From Phoronis australis (Eukaryota > Animalia > Phoronida), in contig NMRA01000088.1 of the NCBI GenBank assembly GCA_002633005.1, positions 120,186-184,185 of the forward strand: a stretch of 64,000 bases of DNA, given 5' to 3'. The position numbers and the translations under genes were made by a program. Below, piece after piece: positions 40,376 through 54,000 of the stretch (position 1 is the first letter of the stretch; every line of letters begins with the position of its first letter). Under the pieces are notes generated by a model. It saw nothing but the letters and a program-made list of their open reading frames with translations, was not told the origin of the DNA and did not search any database.

Positions 40376-41294
40376 TTGTCTGTTTTGAAGATTTATTGAT
40401 CCAGTTTCGGTTAGTATACAAAAAACAGCATTACAGTTTTGTAGGACCGTGTTGACAAGCTGCGTATTTAGCAAAATATCCATACAACGAGAGATTTAAA
40501 CTTAGTAAAAGTGCATGTTTTCCGAAAGTAGGAAACCAGTAGAATTTGGTATTTGACATTTTAACAATCTGCCATTAACTGGGTTACGTGACCGGGTCTC
40601 TTTAGTAAAATTTGGAAAAATGAAGGTACTGTACCTATTGCAAAACATTGCCAAGTTTTATTTGTCTGATATGAATGTTCCTGATGAAATCTCAAAAATT
40701 CTGTTGTTACTTGTTAAATTATCGATTTCATTTTCACCTTTATAAGCAACTTCAGATTTTTATCATGAAAATCATAAAAGTCCTTTTTTGATAGCCCCTC
40801 ATACAACAGTGGAACATATTAAATATAATTACCAACAATTTATTGGAAAGCACTGCATTAAGTATAGTATCGGAAAATTTCATACGAATACATTCGACCT
40901 TTTCTCAGACGTCATTTTCTAGAGCAGTGAGAGCATTGCGTAAGGCCTAAATTGAAATTAATTTTCCCCTTCGTTGGGCAGACTTGTAAAATATTTGTGC
41001 GAGTCTTTGATTACTGGCAAGAAAAATTCACTTGTAAAACGAAACGTTTTTACAACAAAAGTGAGTGTGTCCAGTCGAGAAAAATGGAAACCTGGAACTA
41101 TTTCTCCTACCAACCTGCCCCCTGCCCCTCTCAGAGGTGTGGGAGAAGGGCAAGTGGAAAGGAATAATATTTTAAGGTTGGCCTGATTTAGTGACTTTAA
41201 AAACGTTTTTGCAGCATTATTACATGGAATTTGGTGGTTAATTTCTCTCAGTTTTGTGATCTTCGCTTTGTAATGGCAACGTTTTCTTCCTTAG

Positions 41295-41377
41295 TTCTCA
41301 AGCGACTCGAGGTGTTCCCCGCAATAATGATTCAGTGAACGATTTACTGGAGACGCACACAATACAAACAGAGTCAG
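41295..41377 (+). CDS. Zinc-finger cassette gene, common coding exon 3 (last constant exon)
   Basis: Acceptor gttttcttccttag|, donor CAG|gtgagt; 83 nt converts phase 2 to phase 1 and reads open (TSQATRGVPRNNDSVNDLLETHTIQTES). Confidence 0.85.
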
Positions 41378-43334
41378 GTGAGTGACTGCATTGAGATTCC
41401 CAACCGTCTTGTCGCGTTTACACAATAATTTTGACTTGGGACAAAGTAGCACAGTGCTAGAAGCACATTGTCTGTTTCCATGCAATTTGTCATTGTGGAA
41501 ATTGTTACTGCGGCGTTGATTTGTATATGGTTGAAATGATGCAAGTTTTGCCTGATCATCTTGTTTCATGTCAGCTGCGTGTGTGAACGCAAACTGATGT
41601 CAAAACGGAAGTGATCGTTCCATTTGCACTAACGCAATCCCAACAATTAAAGAGCTTCCTTTGTAGAATCTTACATGGTCTGATAAGACCCTTCCACATC
41701 GGCATTGTTTCTGTAAAGACTGTGTGAACAGGACCAGGTGTGTAAATGTGCTCCATGACCAAAGTTGTTGTGTAAACGCAGTATTTGTCTGCTCTCTGAT
41801 GCGGAGCATCTTTGGAAAATGTACTGAGGTGGAGATATGAGATTCTTTTTATTTTGGGTTTCGTCTAAAACTTTGTGTGTAAGAAAATCTTGCATTGTCC
41901 GGCAACGATGTAATAGTGAAATGCTGTCTATGCCAGGTACTACGTATTTTCAAAACAACTGATATGTCAGAGAATCGAATATGATATGTCAGAGAATGGA
42001 ATAAAACAATGTAAAGTTGAGTATTTTCCTCATAATGTTGGAACCATAATGATTTTGCTGAAAACGAACAACAGCTAGAAATATTTTGCAGTCCACATAA
42101 TGTGAATAGAAATTTTAAAAAATAACGGAATGTTAATTATTATGCAATATCCAGGGCCAGAATGTTGACTTTTCACAAATCATGTTGTATCATTCTAGTA
42201 CAACTTGATAAGTTTACTGGAAGTGTGCCATGCATTTGGTCAGGTTTGCAGTCAAGTTTTGTGTACAAAGCACGGCGTGATGTTTAGCATAACGTCAACT
42301 TGCCAAATGCGACCTGGCAAAATTACTAGGTCACCAAGCAAGAAATGAGGTTGTGAGAATGAGGAAACTGCATATGCAGGATTGCAAAAGTTCTGGAAAA
42401 CTGATTTAGCCAAGACAAATCTTAAAGTTGAGTCAATTTTAAGTTGAAACATAAATTTGTCCTGAATCCGTTCCAAGAAAATGGTCTTAGTTTGTCTTAA
42501 GTTTTTGACTGAAGTTTTTTCTTAAAATTTGACGTAACTCACCCGATGTTGAAGTTTCAAAGTTTGGAGGTTGAAACAAATCTAATTTTATCTTAGACTT
42601 AAGCCAAAAATGAACTTAAAATTGGTTTCTTCTTATGGGCCCCTGGCCTACACAAACGGCTCTTGGCAGCAGCGGAGAATGAGAATGAGATACATAATTT
42701 GATGCACCGATGAACTAGACAAATGTCAAGAGCTGCAGGGTGGCGTTTTTTAGCGCAATGTAAAATTAGGAATACACCGTGACCATGGTAACAGCCAATT
42801 ATTGGCTCCAGTAATCCACGCACACACGCCTCCTACCTAAGGGAGAAGCAGCCAAACAGCACTTGTTCTTGGTGCGTAAGTCGTCATTGAGAACCTACTG
42901 TTTTTGCCGAACAATTCCGACCCGTTTCTTTACTTCCTGTAGTATTTTGAGCATGTGCTCAGATGCGTGCATGGCAGTGTGGGATTTTACCGGGTCATCA
43001 AACAAAATCTGAGGTCGCACTGGCGAGTAATTATTTTTAATGAAATTTAAAGGAAATTGTTTTTCACCCAAATTAAAGAGGCCTGGAACGTGATTAAAAG
43101 ACTAAAGTGCAATATTAAAATTGGTTCTCTGCCATTGAAACAGAATTCAACCTGCTCACCAGGTATTTTTAGGGTTTGCTCGTAAAGATTTTTAATTTAT
43201 GTTGATATCAAAGCATTTTCTTTTAGTTCCAAATTAAAAAAAAAATGGTCTGTCATCTGCTCCCCACTCCGTCAATTTTTCTCCCTCAAGGCAAAGCACA
43301 TCTCCTTATTTGGCATGGCAAGACATAGACGTAG

Positions 43335-43401
43335 CACATTTCCTTATATGGAAATGGCACATTTCCTTATATGGAAATGGCACATTTCCTTATATGGAAA
43401 T
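43335..43401 (+). repeat. ~23-bp tandem repeat x3
   Basis: cacatttccttatatggaaatgg repeated. Confidence 0.8.
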
Positions 43402-45360
43402 GTGATGTTTGACTTCAAGCGACTTCAAGCAACTGGCTGTGAGCACATGCACATATTTATCATAAATAGGAGGGAGATTAGAGACTCTGTGATAGCCACA
43501 GAGTTTTTCCTTGGCGTGTATTTCAAACATCGTGAATTTTGTGACTTCTTTCTAGAAATTTCCTCATTTCAGAGGGCAATGTGAATTTACTCTGTAATAG
43601 ACGTTTTTCGGGAATAGTTTAAAAGATATTTTTGACGAGCTTTTTTGCATTCCATGGCTCTTTAATTGTGATCTCCACCTCAGTTCAAAGGATGATATTC
43701 CATTGGTGCGCATGAGGGGGGGGTATGAGGGGGGGGGGTATTTCCTNTCAGATTGTGTTCCTCTGTGTTCAAGTCGTGATCATTGTGCTTCTCAGTTAAA
43801 CTTTTATAGTTAATCTTATTTCAAAGACATCTGCTGGAGACGTTGATTTATTGTGACACATGTTGAAGGTATGATCATAATCGATTGCCTACAGCTTTTG
43901 CTAAAAAATTCTGATACAAACACTATCCTTGGATATGCAGGTTGATATGTCATTTTACCTTCTGTGAAGATATAGGTTGCACGCCCGTTTATTTATCTGG
44001 TCAAGCAGTCACCTGTTCACATAGTCATAATTACTCAAAGGCTAAAGGCCTTAAGTAAAGTCTAGTATTGAATTTGTAGGTCATATTGATGGTCTCGGTA
44101 GGTTTGTGGACTGGTTCACTGGATTGCTGTCATTGTTAGCTGAGGGTCTAGGGTTTGAACCTTAGAACACTAGAAATTTTGAAATTGAAATTTCGAAAAA
44201 AAAAAATTGAAATGGAAATATCTTCGGTCTTGATTTGTGTTTTGCCAGGGAAGGTTCTGTTGCATAAAGGTTACAGTATGAATAGCAACACTGATGTCTG
44301 ATTGTCACCCTTCTTTTTGCTTTTGTGGACAATACATTTTCCGTGGTGCAACTTATCTGAAGGATAAATTTTGAACTTATGCAACCCAGTCCAGGTCATT
44401 GAATATTGACAAACCACGGTAAAATCTTACCTTACAGTGCTCGGCGCATCGCTAAACGCCAAGTCGCATTTGGCAACCAGGTTGCCAAACGAAATCTGTG
44501 CTTGCCAGAAGTGAAAATCTCTGGCGTCTAAATCAATTCCCAGGTTTCTTATCCCCGATGTGGCGTAAAGTTCGTCGACCAAAAAAATGTCGAACGGTTG
44601 TAGCGCCACACAATCCGATTTCTCCGTCAGTGAATGAAGATGCAACGCAGATGACTGCATGGACTGGTAGTACAAATTTTGCCGATCTTGCCCTATTTTT
44701 ACCGAACATTTCAGACTTTCCGACTTTTGTCTTTTTACTTCCTGTTGTAATTTAAGCGTGGTGGCAAATGTGTGATTTCGTGAAATCAACAGATTAATTG
44801 TGATTAAAAGGTAATAAACTTAGGAAAGGTATTAGTAATTAAAAGCTTGGAAGTCAACGCGAAGCCTGAAAAGAATTTAGAGGGAATTATTGTCTGACTT
44901 TGGTTCATTCAGTGGCGACTTTGTGGTTACTTTATCCCAGGGCGCCAAACACAATCTCGTATTCACAGCGCTGCCTTATTAAGACACATGTTAAACGTTA
45001 ATTTTTGATTTTTTTCGTATGAGATTATTAACACCAAATAAATGCTTTTATCATTACTTAAATTATGTACCCTAACTACCATCAGACATTGTTTTGAGGA
45101 ATTTTGGGCATTAACAGTAATGTAAGGTGTCTTTCAAAAATGAAAAGGGTTAGTTTTTGCTATTATTTTTGTCCAAATGTGGTGAAGTTTACCTCATCCT
45201 TGGATATGAAGAAGTTGTGAATGGTCTCAAGTTTTGACAATATGACAATAGCTATTGTCTGATATACTGACATTATGTAGTATCCCTTGTTGTTATGGCG
45301 ATCAAGTAGTTGGTGGATAGTGTTTGGATTTTTCATGTGGACTTAATACTATTCAATTTC

Positions 45361-45630
45361 ATAATGTTTCACTTCAAGTCCCGAACTTTGCAGATTTCAG
45401 AAGATTAGATACGTTAAAACTGCTAATGCAGTATTTCCCTAGGCAATTTGCCAAATTTTATCAAGTCGGCTTTTGATCTTGGAAACCGTCGCATTTATGG
45501 TACATCTGAGTTGTGTGGTTAAAGTGACTAGCAAGTCTAACTGAGCTGGGTACTTATTTTTCTTACGAATGCTATACCTATCTATTGTACTTGCCACTGT
45601 TATAAATAAATACATACAAATACAAATACA
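45361..45630 (+). mobile_element. 5'-truncated 3' end of the same LINE family as 18244-21772
   Basis: Closely matches ~21483-21772, including the 3' UTR and (AAATAC)n tail. Confidence 0.9.
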
Positions 45631-47806
45631 GTGAGCATTCCCTGTTTTTTACAGATTCACAATCATCATTTGTGTTGTACTTTAGTATCATCAAAATATT
45701 CACAGACACCCAAATGTCTCGTACTTTCCGTGAGCGAAAAAATTGCGCTTCGTCCTTGTCAACTCCACCCGACTTGCACACCAGAATTAAAAATTGGATC
45801 AGATGAAAAACCCCTTATTGCTCTCACGCCACTTAAGAGGTTTACTTGGGAGATTGCCGGTTGCTCGTTATTCACTGTGATTTAGGGGTGTTCATTTTTC
45901 TTCTTTAATAAGAGGATTTCCTCTTTTTAGGTTTGGATTTCCTCTTATTTGATTTCCAGTTTCCTATTTTTTGTTTCTTTTTTACCATTATTTTGACTTT
46001 ATTCAAGCACAAGGGTTTATTTCAGTCAATCACAAAAATATTTCTATCACACAAACCTATTTATTTGTGGAACAATACATCACCTGGAAAATTTTCCTCT
46101 TTTTTGTCATTGGTCATTCCAAGCCCTGTTCATACTACAGATGTGTCTATGAAGCAGTCGCTAGCAGAAATCACGAAAAGAGACTCAGAAACAGAAAACA
46201 TATTTTATGCGTTCCATATTGATGGAAAATGTAACTTTTTCCTGGCGTTATTCCTTTGCTGTAATACTAATTGTTGAAAACCCGCATGCACCCATACACG
46301 TTTGCACACTCTGTTGCTAGACCTTCCACTCCCTCAGTGTAGCTGGTGCAAGATGGAACTCGTTGTGGAAATCCTAGAAAAGCCAAAAAATGACAAGAAT
46401 AGTCTTGGCGTATGTAGTATAAGTTTTAAGAAATCATATAGTTGTATTGCGAGTTTGTGCATTCAATTGGGCTTGGCAATAATTATTAGCGAAATATCTT
46501 AATCTGCCTTTTGTAAGTAGATTGGATGATGAAAAAATGATGATAATTTCGCATAAATGGTATTCGAGGTATAACAGTGAGGTCCAGCATTTGATATTAC
46601 CATCATTGAACAATGCTTTTCCATTGGCTAAACTTTCATAAAATAGCTATAGCTTAGTAAACTTGCTAGCAACAATAGTATCATAGCATTATTTGGGGCC
46701 AATATTCTCTGTGGTAGCAAACTGTACATTTGTGAAAAGTAATGCTATGGATTATTTGAGCTTGTGATGTTAACTGCGTAGACTGAACAAATCTGCCTGC
46801 TAGTTGATTTTCTATCGCTAATGTTATGAAAATTAGACTGGGCAAATAGAACGAATCACTACTTAAGTTTCATGCATATGCTGGTACATGTGAATCTCTT
46901 GTAGAATGGGTTATATTTAAGTATTGAAACAGTACTGTTATCTCAGTCAGAATTTATCTCTATTGCTTACTTTCCCTGCATGGTTATGTGTGGTCTATTA
47001 GTATTCCTCGTGTCTGTTGCATGACTTAAGAAAGAAGAAATTTGCGCTCCTAATTCGCCATTGCTGACAAAGGTTTAGCCAAGTAATTACGAGTTCATCA
47101 CCATCTAGAAATAATTCATAGAAATTATCTCAGTAACCGGCTGTTGTCTGGATATTCCCAGAGATGTTGTGCTTTAGCTCGTGTGAGAATTCAATATTAG
47201 AAATACTTGGGTGGAGTGCACAACCAAATTTCTGACTTAAGTCTTGAGTCCCTTTTCTTGAAACAGATCGCTGTACTAAGTCATCATGAATTTCTCACTT
47301 CAGTTTCTGACTGTCCTTTGTGTATTGGATGTCCCAGTTTTGTGTTTTTTTATTGATTTTCAGCCCCCTTTGTCATCCCACATTTACACTCATTTGTACT
47401 GTTATACCTTGTCTGTTTCCATATTTGCCTACTGCCGTAGAGTGATGTTAAACCTCTTGTGGCGTGTTAAAATGGGTCTAATGTTACTTGGTACACAAAA
47501 TTCCCTTAAGATTGGGTCATCTTCTTCATGCAAACCTTTCCACGTCTGTTGCGGTCGATTTCTCTCTTCTGACTATTTCTATTTGTACTGGCCTGTCGGG
47601 CCCTCTGCGAGTTGTTCTTAGGTCAAGGTTCGTGCATGATAGTGGTGTGAGTGGTGGTCTTTCCTTTCTGTCGGGCTCTTGTTTATTCCATTGGGCAATT
47701 GTGTTAGTTTATGTTGGTGTGGGTCTTAAATGTTTCGCCTCTTTAAAAGTTTACACGGTGAGGTTGACGACCACCACTCATAGGCGTGTCTCTTTGGCTT
47801 TTGCAG

Positions 47807-47982
47807 GCTTCACGTGCACAATCTGTGGTAGTAAGATCCAGCGGAAGAACCACATTATCCGCCATCTTAAGTCACATCTGGGTGAAATGTGGGCGTGTCG
47901 CGTCTGCTTCAAGAAGTTCACGCGAAAGGACGTGATGTACCGCCATCTTAGGTCGCACCATCCCGAGGCGAATGTGATGTAG
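47807..47982 (+). CDS. Alternative terminal exon A: tandem C2H2 zinc-finger pair
   Basis: Acceptor tttggcttttgcag|, phase 1; GFTCTICGSKIQRKNHIIRHLKSHLGEMWACRVCFKKFTRKDVMYRHLRSHHPEANVM*; AATAAA at 48951. Confidence 0.9.
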
Positions 47983-48539
47983 TGGCACGGCCCGCATTCC
48001 TGGGGATCGCTCGCGACCTTCAAAATTGTCAGAACATTGAATGTTGCAGGATATCTTGACATATCGCGTGATGTTATGGTTCAACAGAGAAGTTTCACAC
48101 AACTGGAAATGACTGGTTTGAGAAGGAACTCAACTGATACTGGCTTGGTTATTCAGATGGTCATTTTTTCTCTATTGCGTAATTTAAAACAATTTAAAAT
48201 CTGTTCAATTTCTTGGAATCTTCTCGTTTATGACTGTTCAGTCCTTCTTAAGCTGATTTGCCTGTGAATGTGAGTCGTAGTTGTTGGTCCAGAGTTCCCA
48301 TGGTCTCTTCCTTTCTAGTGTCACTGTACTGTGGTCAGTTTTAAATGTTGGATGTTTTGTTCAATTCATACATTAAAGTCTTGCACTGTACACTGTTAGT
48401 GTACACTATCACTGAACTGAACATGGATATAGGATACCATGGAGTACCAAGTGGATTGCATTCTCGAGCTAATACTGTAAACATTCTTCCGTTTGGGACA
48501 GTCTCCAAAATTTGGGACTCCGAAATTCAAGTTGAAATT

Positions 48540-48845
48540 GAACGCTCATGTTTCTGAAAATTTAGACACAAGCGTTTTTGACGTTCATGGTATTTCTTAG
48601 ATATCAGACACTGCATTTCATGTCAACCGAGTGTGAAAGTCGTCACAAATAGCCGCAGAGGTGATGTATCATACGTCCCCATAGTGTGTAGCATTGAGGT
48701 GAATGATCAAGTGCTGTTGATCGTAATCCTTGAATTTGGGTCGATCAACATTGCCTATCTCTAAAAAAATTTGGTACAAGCTCAGACTTTAGCAGAATGT
48801 AAAACTATTTGCTTTGTTTTCACTTGAGAATTTTTACCGTAACGG
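48540..48845 (+). repeat. Old dispersed repeat or local duplication, second copy at ~50730-51030
   Basis: Shared colinear blocks cgtccc..atagtgtgta..gaggtgaatgatc, tgcctat.tctaaaa and gagaattttta.cgtaac. Confidence 0.6.
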
Positions 48846-51175
48846 CCTTTTGGCAAAAAAATCATCTTACTCGTGGTGATGTGTAGAAATGGTCTTGCCA
48901 TGTACTCTTCATCATTGAACTCTGTTGAGTTAGGACAGTTAGTGGCAAAAAATAAAAACTGAATTTACATCTTATTTATAATGTAATTTACGTTGCCTTG
49001 TTATACCTTTTGAATTTTGGCAATTTTCCAAATTTAGTGTTTCTGTGTCAGTTTTTGCTATTATCATTGTATAGTAGGGGCTGTCAATGAAAGTTTCTGA
49101 TGTTGTAGTTAAGATCAAATCAGTGCACTGCACTCTCTGCTGTGCAGGTGATCGCCAACAATTTGAGCTAAAATAAGGACAAAAATAATCAATAGTAATT
49201 ATTGCTAATGGCAATTAAGGTGACGGGAGACCTTATACAAAATGTCTAAACATCACATATCAGAAGTTGTTGATCAGATCAAGTGAAACTTTCACATGCT
49301 GTACTGAATGCACAGTTCTCCAAAACATTGATAGGAATTGTTTTTAAAGTGGCTATGTCTATTTCAGTGTAAGGAACTGCCTTTGAGTCTATCACATTTT
49401 TATATAGACCACTTCTAATTACGAAATTAGTCTCATATTGTCCCGTGCAAATTACTGACTGTTCGTTAATGCTTGCGACCAAGCTCTATAAGTTGTCGTG
49501 TCAGTTAACGCACCAAGCATGACCTCGAGTAATAACGACTTGTCCTTTCTTTCAAAGCCAAGAAACTTCTTGATCTCTGAGCAATGAACTAGCTAGTTTC
49601 ACTGACAGAACATGGGTCTGTAGCCACTTGCTGTACTCGTCCGCCTTACCGCCCAGGGCACTTAAATTGGGAATCTAAAAAACAGAGGGTGGGTAGTAAG
49701 CCGAGAATGGGTGCTTAAAAATGAAAAATTGAAAATTTCGGGTGTGTGCGCCGCACACGAAACTGAGCATAGGCAGTAACCCGTACGAGTACGGTATTTT
49801 TTTCCACTTTGGCATGAAGGGCTATGAAAAATTGGATCTTACAGGATTTTAATAAAAAAGAACAAAAGCTGCCTCAAGTGAAAAATGAAGGGATAATTTA
49901 GGAAACTAACAGCGCTTTTGAGATTTCCTCTTGATCATTTTTATCAAGCAGAATATTATTGATAACGTTATTGTTCAATACACAGGCTTGTTGATAAGGT
50001 CCAACAAAACCTTAACTGCTACTGTTACAGTACATGTTGATGTAATCGTTCAATTTCATGAACACAAAGTGATACTGAGTATCATAGCCGAATTGTGTTA
50101 AACAAACTCTCCTGGATTTTTTTTGTAACTGAAGTTTGGTGGTAACCAAATCCATTTGTGCGCAGTGCATTGGCTTGACATTTGTGGAAGGGGTCTTTAT
50201 AAACAAGCGCGCGTTTTAAACTACGCTCTTGAAGTGCATTTGGTTATGCTGAATCTTTAAGTGAAAAAACAAATAGTTTTCCGGATACTCATTAGATTTT
50301 TGCAGAATTTAGTGATGTAGTTTAGTGTTGAGAAATCAGTTTCCAAATTTCATGTGATCGTTTGTACTTGTCCAAGTGTTGTAAGCAAAGATGTCACAGT
50401 TCAAAAGCATTAATTGAGCTGTGGAATTGACTGTGTTAAATTAACCTGGTACTTGTTAATTAGTTCACGATGTTTTTCAAAAGCTCCCTGTTATGGAGTC
50501 AACAACAAAACTAGTCAAGTACATTTTACCTGAGCTGTATGTTGGCACATGCTGTCTTTTGAACATGAACTTTTTTATTTGTGCCGCTATTGTCTGGTTT
50601 TTAATCTTACTATGGCCAAAAACCGATTTAATTTTGACTCGTACAGTAAAAATTCTCCAGATTGGGATAGTTTCTAAAGTTTGTACATTTTAAATTCACG
50701 CCGAAATTGAATTTTCTCAATTCTGAAGATTGAGATTTGAGCGATTTTGGTATTCATCATATTTCTGAAATTTCAGATGATGCGTTTTGTTGTTAACAGG
50801 GAATGAAAGCAGTCTTGGCAATGCATAAAATTGTTGAAAATTGCGGCCGATGCGACAATTTCAAGCGTCCCGATAGTGTGTAAATCGAGGTGAATGATCC
50901 TTTGTTTTTGATCTTGATTAGTGTAGTTGGCATCACCAATACTGCCTATTTCTAAAATTTAGTACAATCTGCAACCTTGAGCATAATAACTAATTTTTCA
51001 CTGTCTCTAACTGGAGAATTTTTAGCGTAACACTGCTATTTATTACCATCGTTGGATTGGGAGAGTTTTGGATTTTCCTGTATAAGAAAAGTTGTTGTGA
51101 AGGACTAAATTTTAGGTTTTGTAAAAAACTTGAGTCATTTGTTATGTCAATCTTTTTAAGTGCATAAAATGGCCA

Positions 51176-51440
51176 GGGGCTTGTTTCATGAAAATGGCTT
51201 CAGACTTAAGGCAAAAGTTTGGTCTTACGCTCCCTCTTAACAATTTCTGAAAACCTTTAGCCAAGTAATTACGAGTGCATCACAGTCTAGAAATGATGGG
51301 TAGAAATATCTCGTCAACTAGCAGTAATGTGTATTTTCGTAGAGACTGCGCTTTTACTCTAGTGAGGTACATTATTTTTGAGAAATAGTTCTGTGGAAAG
51401 TGAGACCAAGTCTTAAGTCATGTTTCGTGAAATATACCCC
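51176..51440. mobile_element. MITE; related copy at ~47005-47290
   Basis: ggggcttgtttcatgaaa..gacttaag / cttaagtc..tttcgtgaaatatacccc; internal tttagccaagtaattacgagt shared with ~47074. Confidence 0.6.
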
Positions 51441-54000
51441 AGGCCTCTTGTCTACATTACGATGTCAACTAATGTATCTCAACAGAATCATGGTCTGAAA
51501 TCGAACACTACCATATATGCCCATGCACCTATATCCAAAATTTTTCCTGTTTTGAAGCAAATTGTTTACTTTAGTGTTTTGTGTATAGGTGCATGTCCCC
51601 AAGTTTCTCTAATTGGTATAGGTGCACAACTTGCTGTGGCTGCAACCGTACGTATTGTCCTCGACGAAAGTGCGTAATCTTGCCTGTGTGAGACAATTTG
51701 TCGCGACTTGGCTTGACAGCGCATTCCCTAGATTATAACTCAGATAAGACGTTCTGTTAGACTCGGTTCACTTTTGAAGTTGTATGTAACAAGCAGGAAT
51801 AAGTGACAAGAGTCCAGTTCAGTTACTAACTGTTGCAGAATTGGTTATTATGTATTTATATTTGTAAAAGTAGTATATTTCTGTGACATTGAAACACAAA
51901 TAAAATGCCCAAAGTTTAACTGAATTATACGACTTTGTCTAAGACAACACTTCTAATCGACAATTGTTGCGAGCTTTTTCATGAAAGATACTTTGATTTT
52001 CTAATGCGAAAATCTTTTGCTTTTATTTTCGCAAAAATCAAAGAGGCCAGTGTCTTAGGCTTCACCAGCTGTTGAACCAGGAGACCGTGTAGTTATTAAG
52101 TTCAGGCATGACGTCAAACAATGTACTCTGGTTATAGTATACTCCTAAAAACTGCGTAGTTTACCTGTTGTCATTATCAAGTTATCAGCGTACAAAGTTG
52201 AGTTAGCCATTTGGGAAAGTGCGTTTATTATTGTGCAGCCGACTGGCGTAGATCATTTGAAAATTCTTGAGATTTAGAGAGGGATTAAATCAGTCAGAGA
52301 CTACTGGAAATATAATAATAACCTTTTGAAAAATCAACCGTAACTGAATATTAAGCTACTCCTGTAATGTGGGAGAGGAATGCTAACTCACCTGTGTACA
52401 CAAGCAATCTTGGCATTTCTCTAAATGTTCAACTCATCTCCCATGGCAGTCTTCTTTCTCGCTGCTTATTCTTTTTCCAAAATGCTTCAGCTCTTCGCCT
52501 CTTTTTCTCAGATGCACTCGGGAGATTAGTCCTTGGATATTTTCTGCAGTGGCTTTGTTCAGCACCACACACCACCCGCGTCGGCCATTTTTTCATGGCG
52601 CCCACCAACGAAAAGCCAATCAGGTTGCCACCTTGATTTCACTTAAATTTGACTGAAAGCCTTTGTTAGGAATTCGCGATTTGTCATAGAATCACAAAAA
52701 ACACAGATTACACTCTGACAGCTCTTGTCAAAGCTTACATTCGAAAAGTCAGTCATACCCAAAATTGTTGTTTGGTTGTATAACCGATTGTGTCCTTTTA
52801 AATGAACCAGACCTGAATAGTGTAAGGGTATTTAAGAGACATTTATTACCTTCTCAGTAAAACCAGTGAAAGTGACAATAATGTTTAAAATACAGTTGCC
52901 AGTTAAAACAATGTTCATGCAGTACATCTAGGTGTATTATGGGAGCTTGTATATTATTGTTAAGATTCTTGACTGCCTTCCAGGAGTCAAGCTATGAAAA
53001 TGGTCAGTAGGTGGTCTAGAATACACCAGGTCTTTCCAAAAATTGGAAAGTGTCATCTTCTGTTTGACAGAATTTCATGAAAATCCGTCTCAGAACTCTG
53101 AAGATAAAGAGAAAAAATGGAAAGAAACTCAAATTTCCACTAGGGGACACAATGGTTGTTGGATCTACCTGAAAGTCATCTTCATCCATTGTCAAGTTCA
53201 TACGAAATGAAATACACTTGCCAAATTTTACAAAGATCCTACTAGGGGTTTTAAGAGTTACAACTGCAGAACTGATGCAAAAAAGACATCTGAAAACTGC
53301 ATTGTTTTCCCAGCATTACGGAGCTGCCTTGCTCCTGCTGGGGGTTGACTAAGGGTCACCCTCTGGTGGCCCTGAACCATGGGTCAAGCAACTTAAATCT
53401 TACCCCTTCAAGTCTATTCAAAGAAGTTTTTCTGGTTTGCACCCAGGTTTATCGCATCTCTGACACCTCGCTCAAATCAAGAACTTTCTCTAACCAGTGC
53501 CCTAATGTTTGCTGTCTTAACATAGTGTCCCATGTCTCTAGGTGGCGCATCACTGTCTGTTTGGCTGCTCTTATCACGGAGTAATAGTTCTATCAGTGTT
53601 GAAGTCCTAGAAAAAATTGTGGATGGAGTCCTGGGAATAAAGTTGAATGAAGACGTTAACTCTATTGGATAGTAGGTCATAACACAATTTTCTGTGCAAC
53701 TGTAGAAATGAAACCTTATTTGAATTTTACTTACAAATTTAAACTTAATATGGAAAAATGGAATTTTGCCAAGGGACCACTTCCTGTGGGTAAAATTTAA
53801 AGTAAGGGGATATTTTTCGCCACGACTCAGTTTGAAACTTATAGCAACTGATCTTGCTCCTGGGTTGTTTTTCACTGAAAAATGGTGTTCAGAGGCACTC
53901 TGAAGATTTTAATATTCAAATTTGACTTTGGACCTCACTCTAACAAAATGAAACTTTGACTGCCAAAACTGACCACATATTTTTCTCTCTGTCGTTGTAG

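Noticed and set aside
41667-41840. Cys-rich frame after ttgtag (NLTWSDKTLPHRHCFCKDC...)
   Set aside because: It is phase 0, incompatible with the phase-1 donor at 41377, and fits no finger spacing.
47488-47806. N-terminal part of ORF 47488-47982, and likewise 61509-61593, as coding sequence
   Set aside because: These are intronic read-through upstream of clear acceptors; only the finger portions are called as exons.
51622-51735. Cys-rich frame (CTTCCGCNRTYCPRRKC) and an FVATWLD resemblance to exon 1
   Set aside because: Wrong phase, no His ligands, and the match is too short to distinguish from chance.
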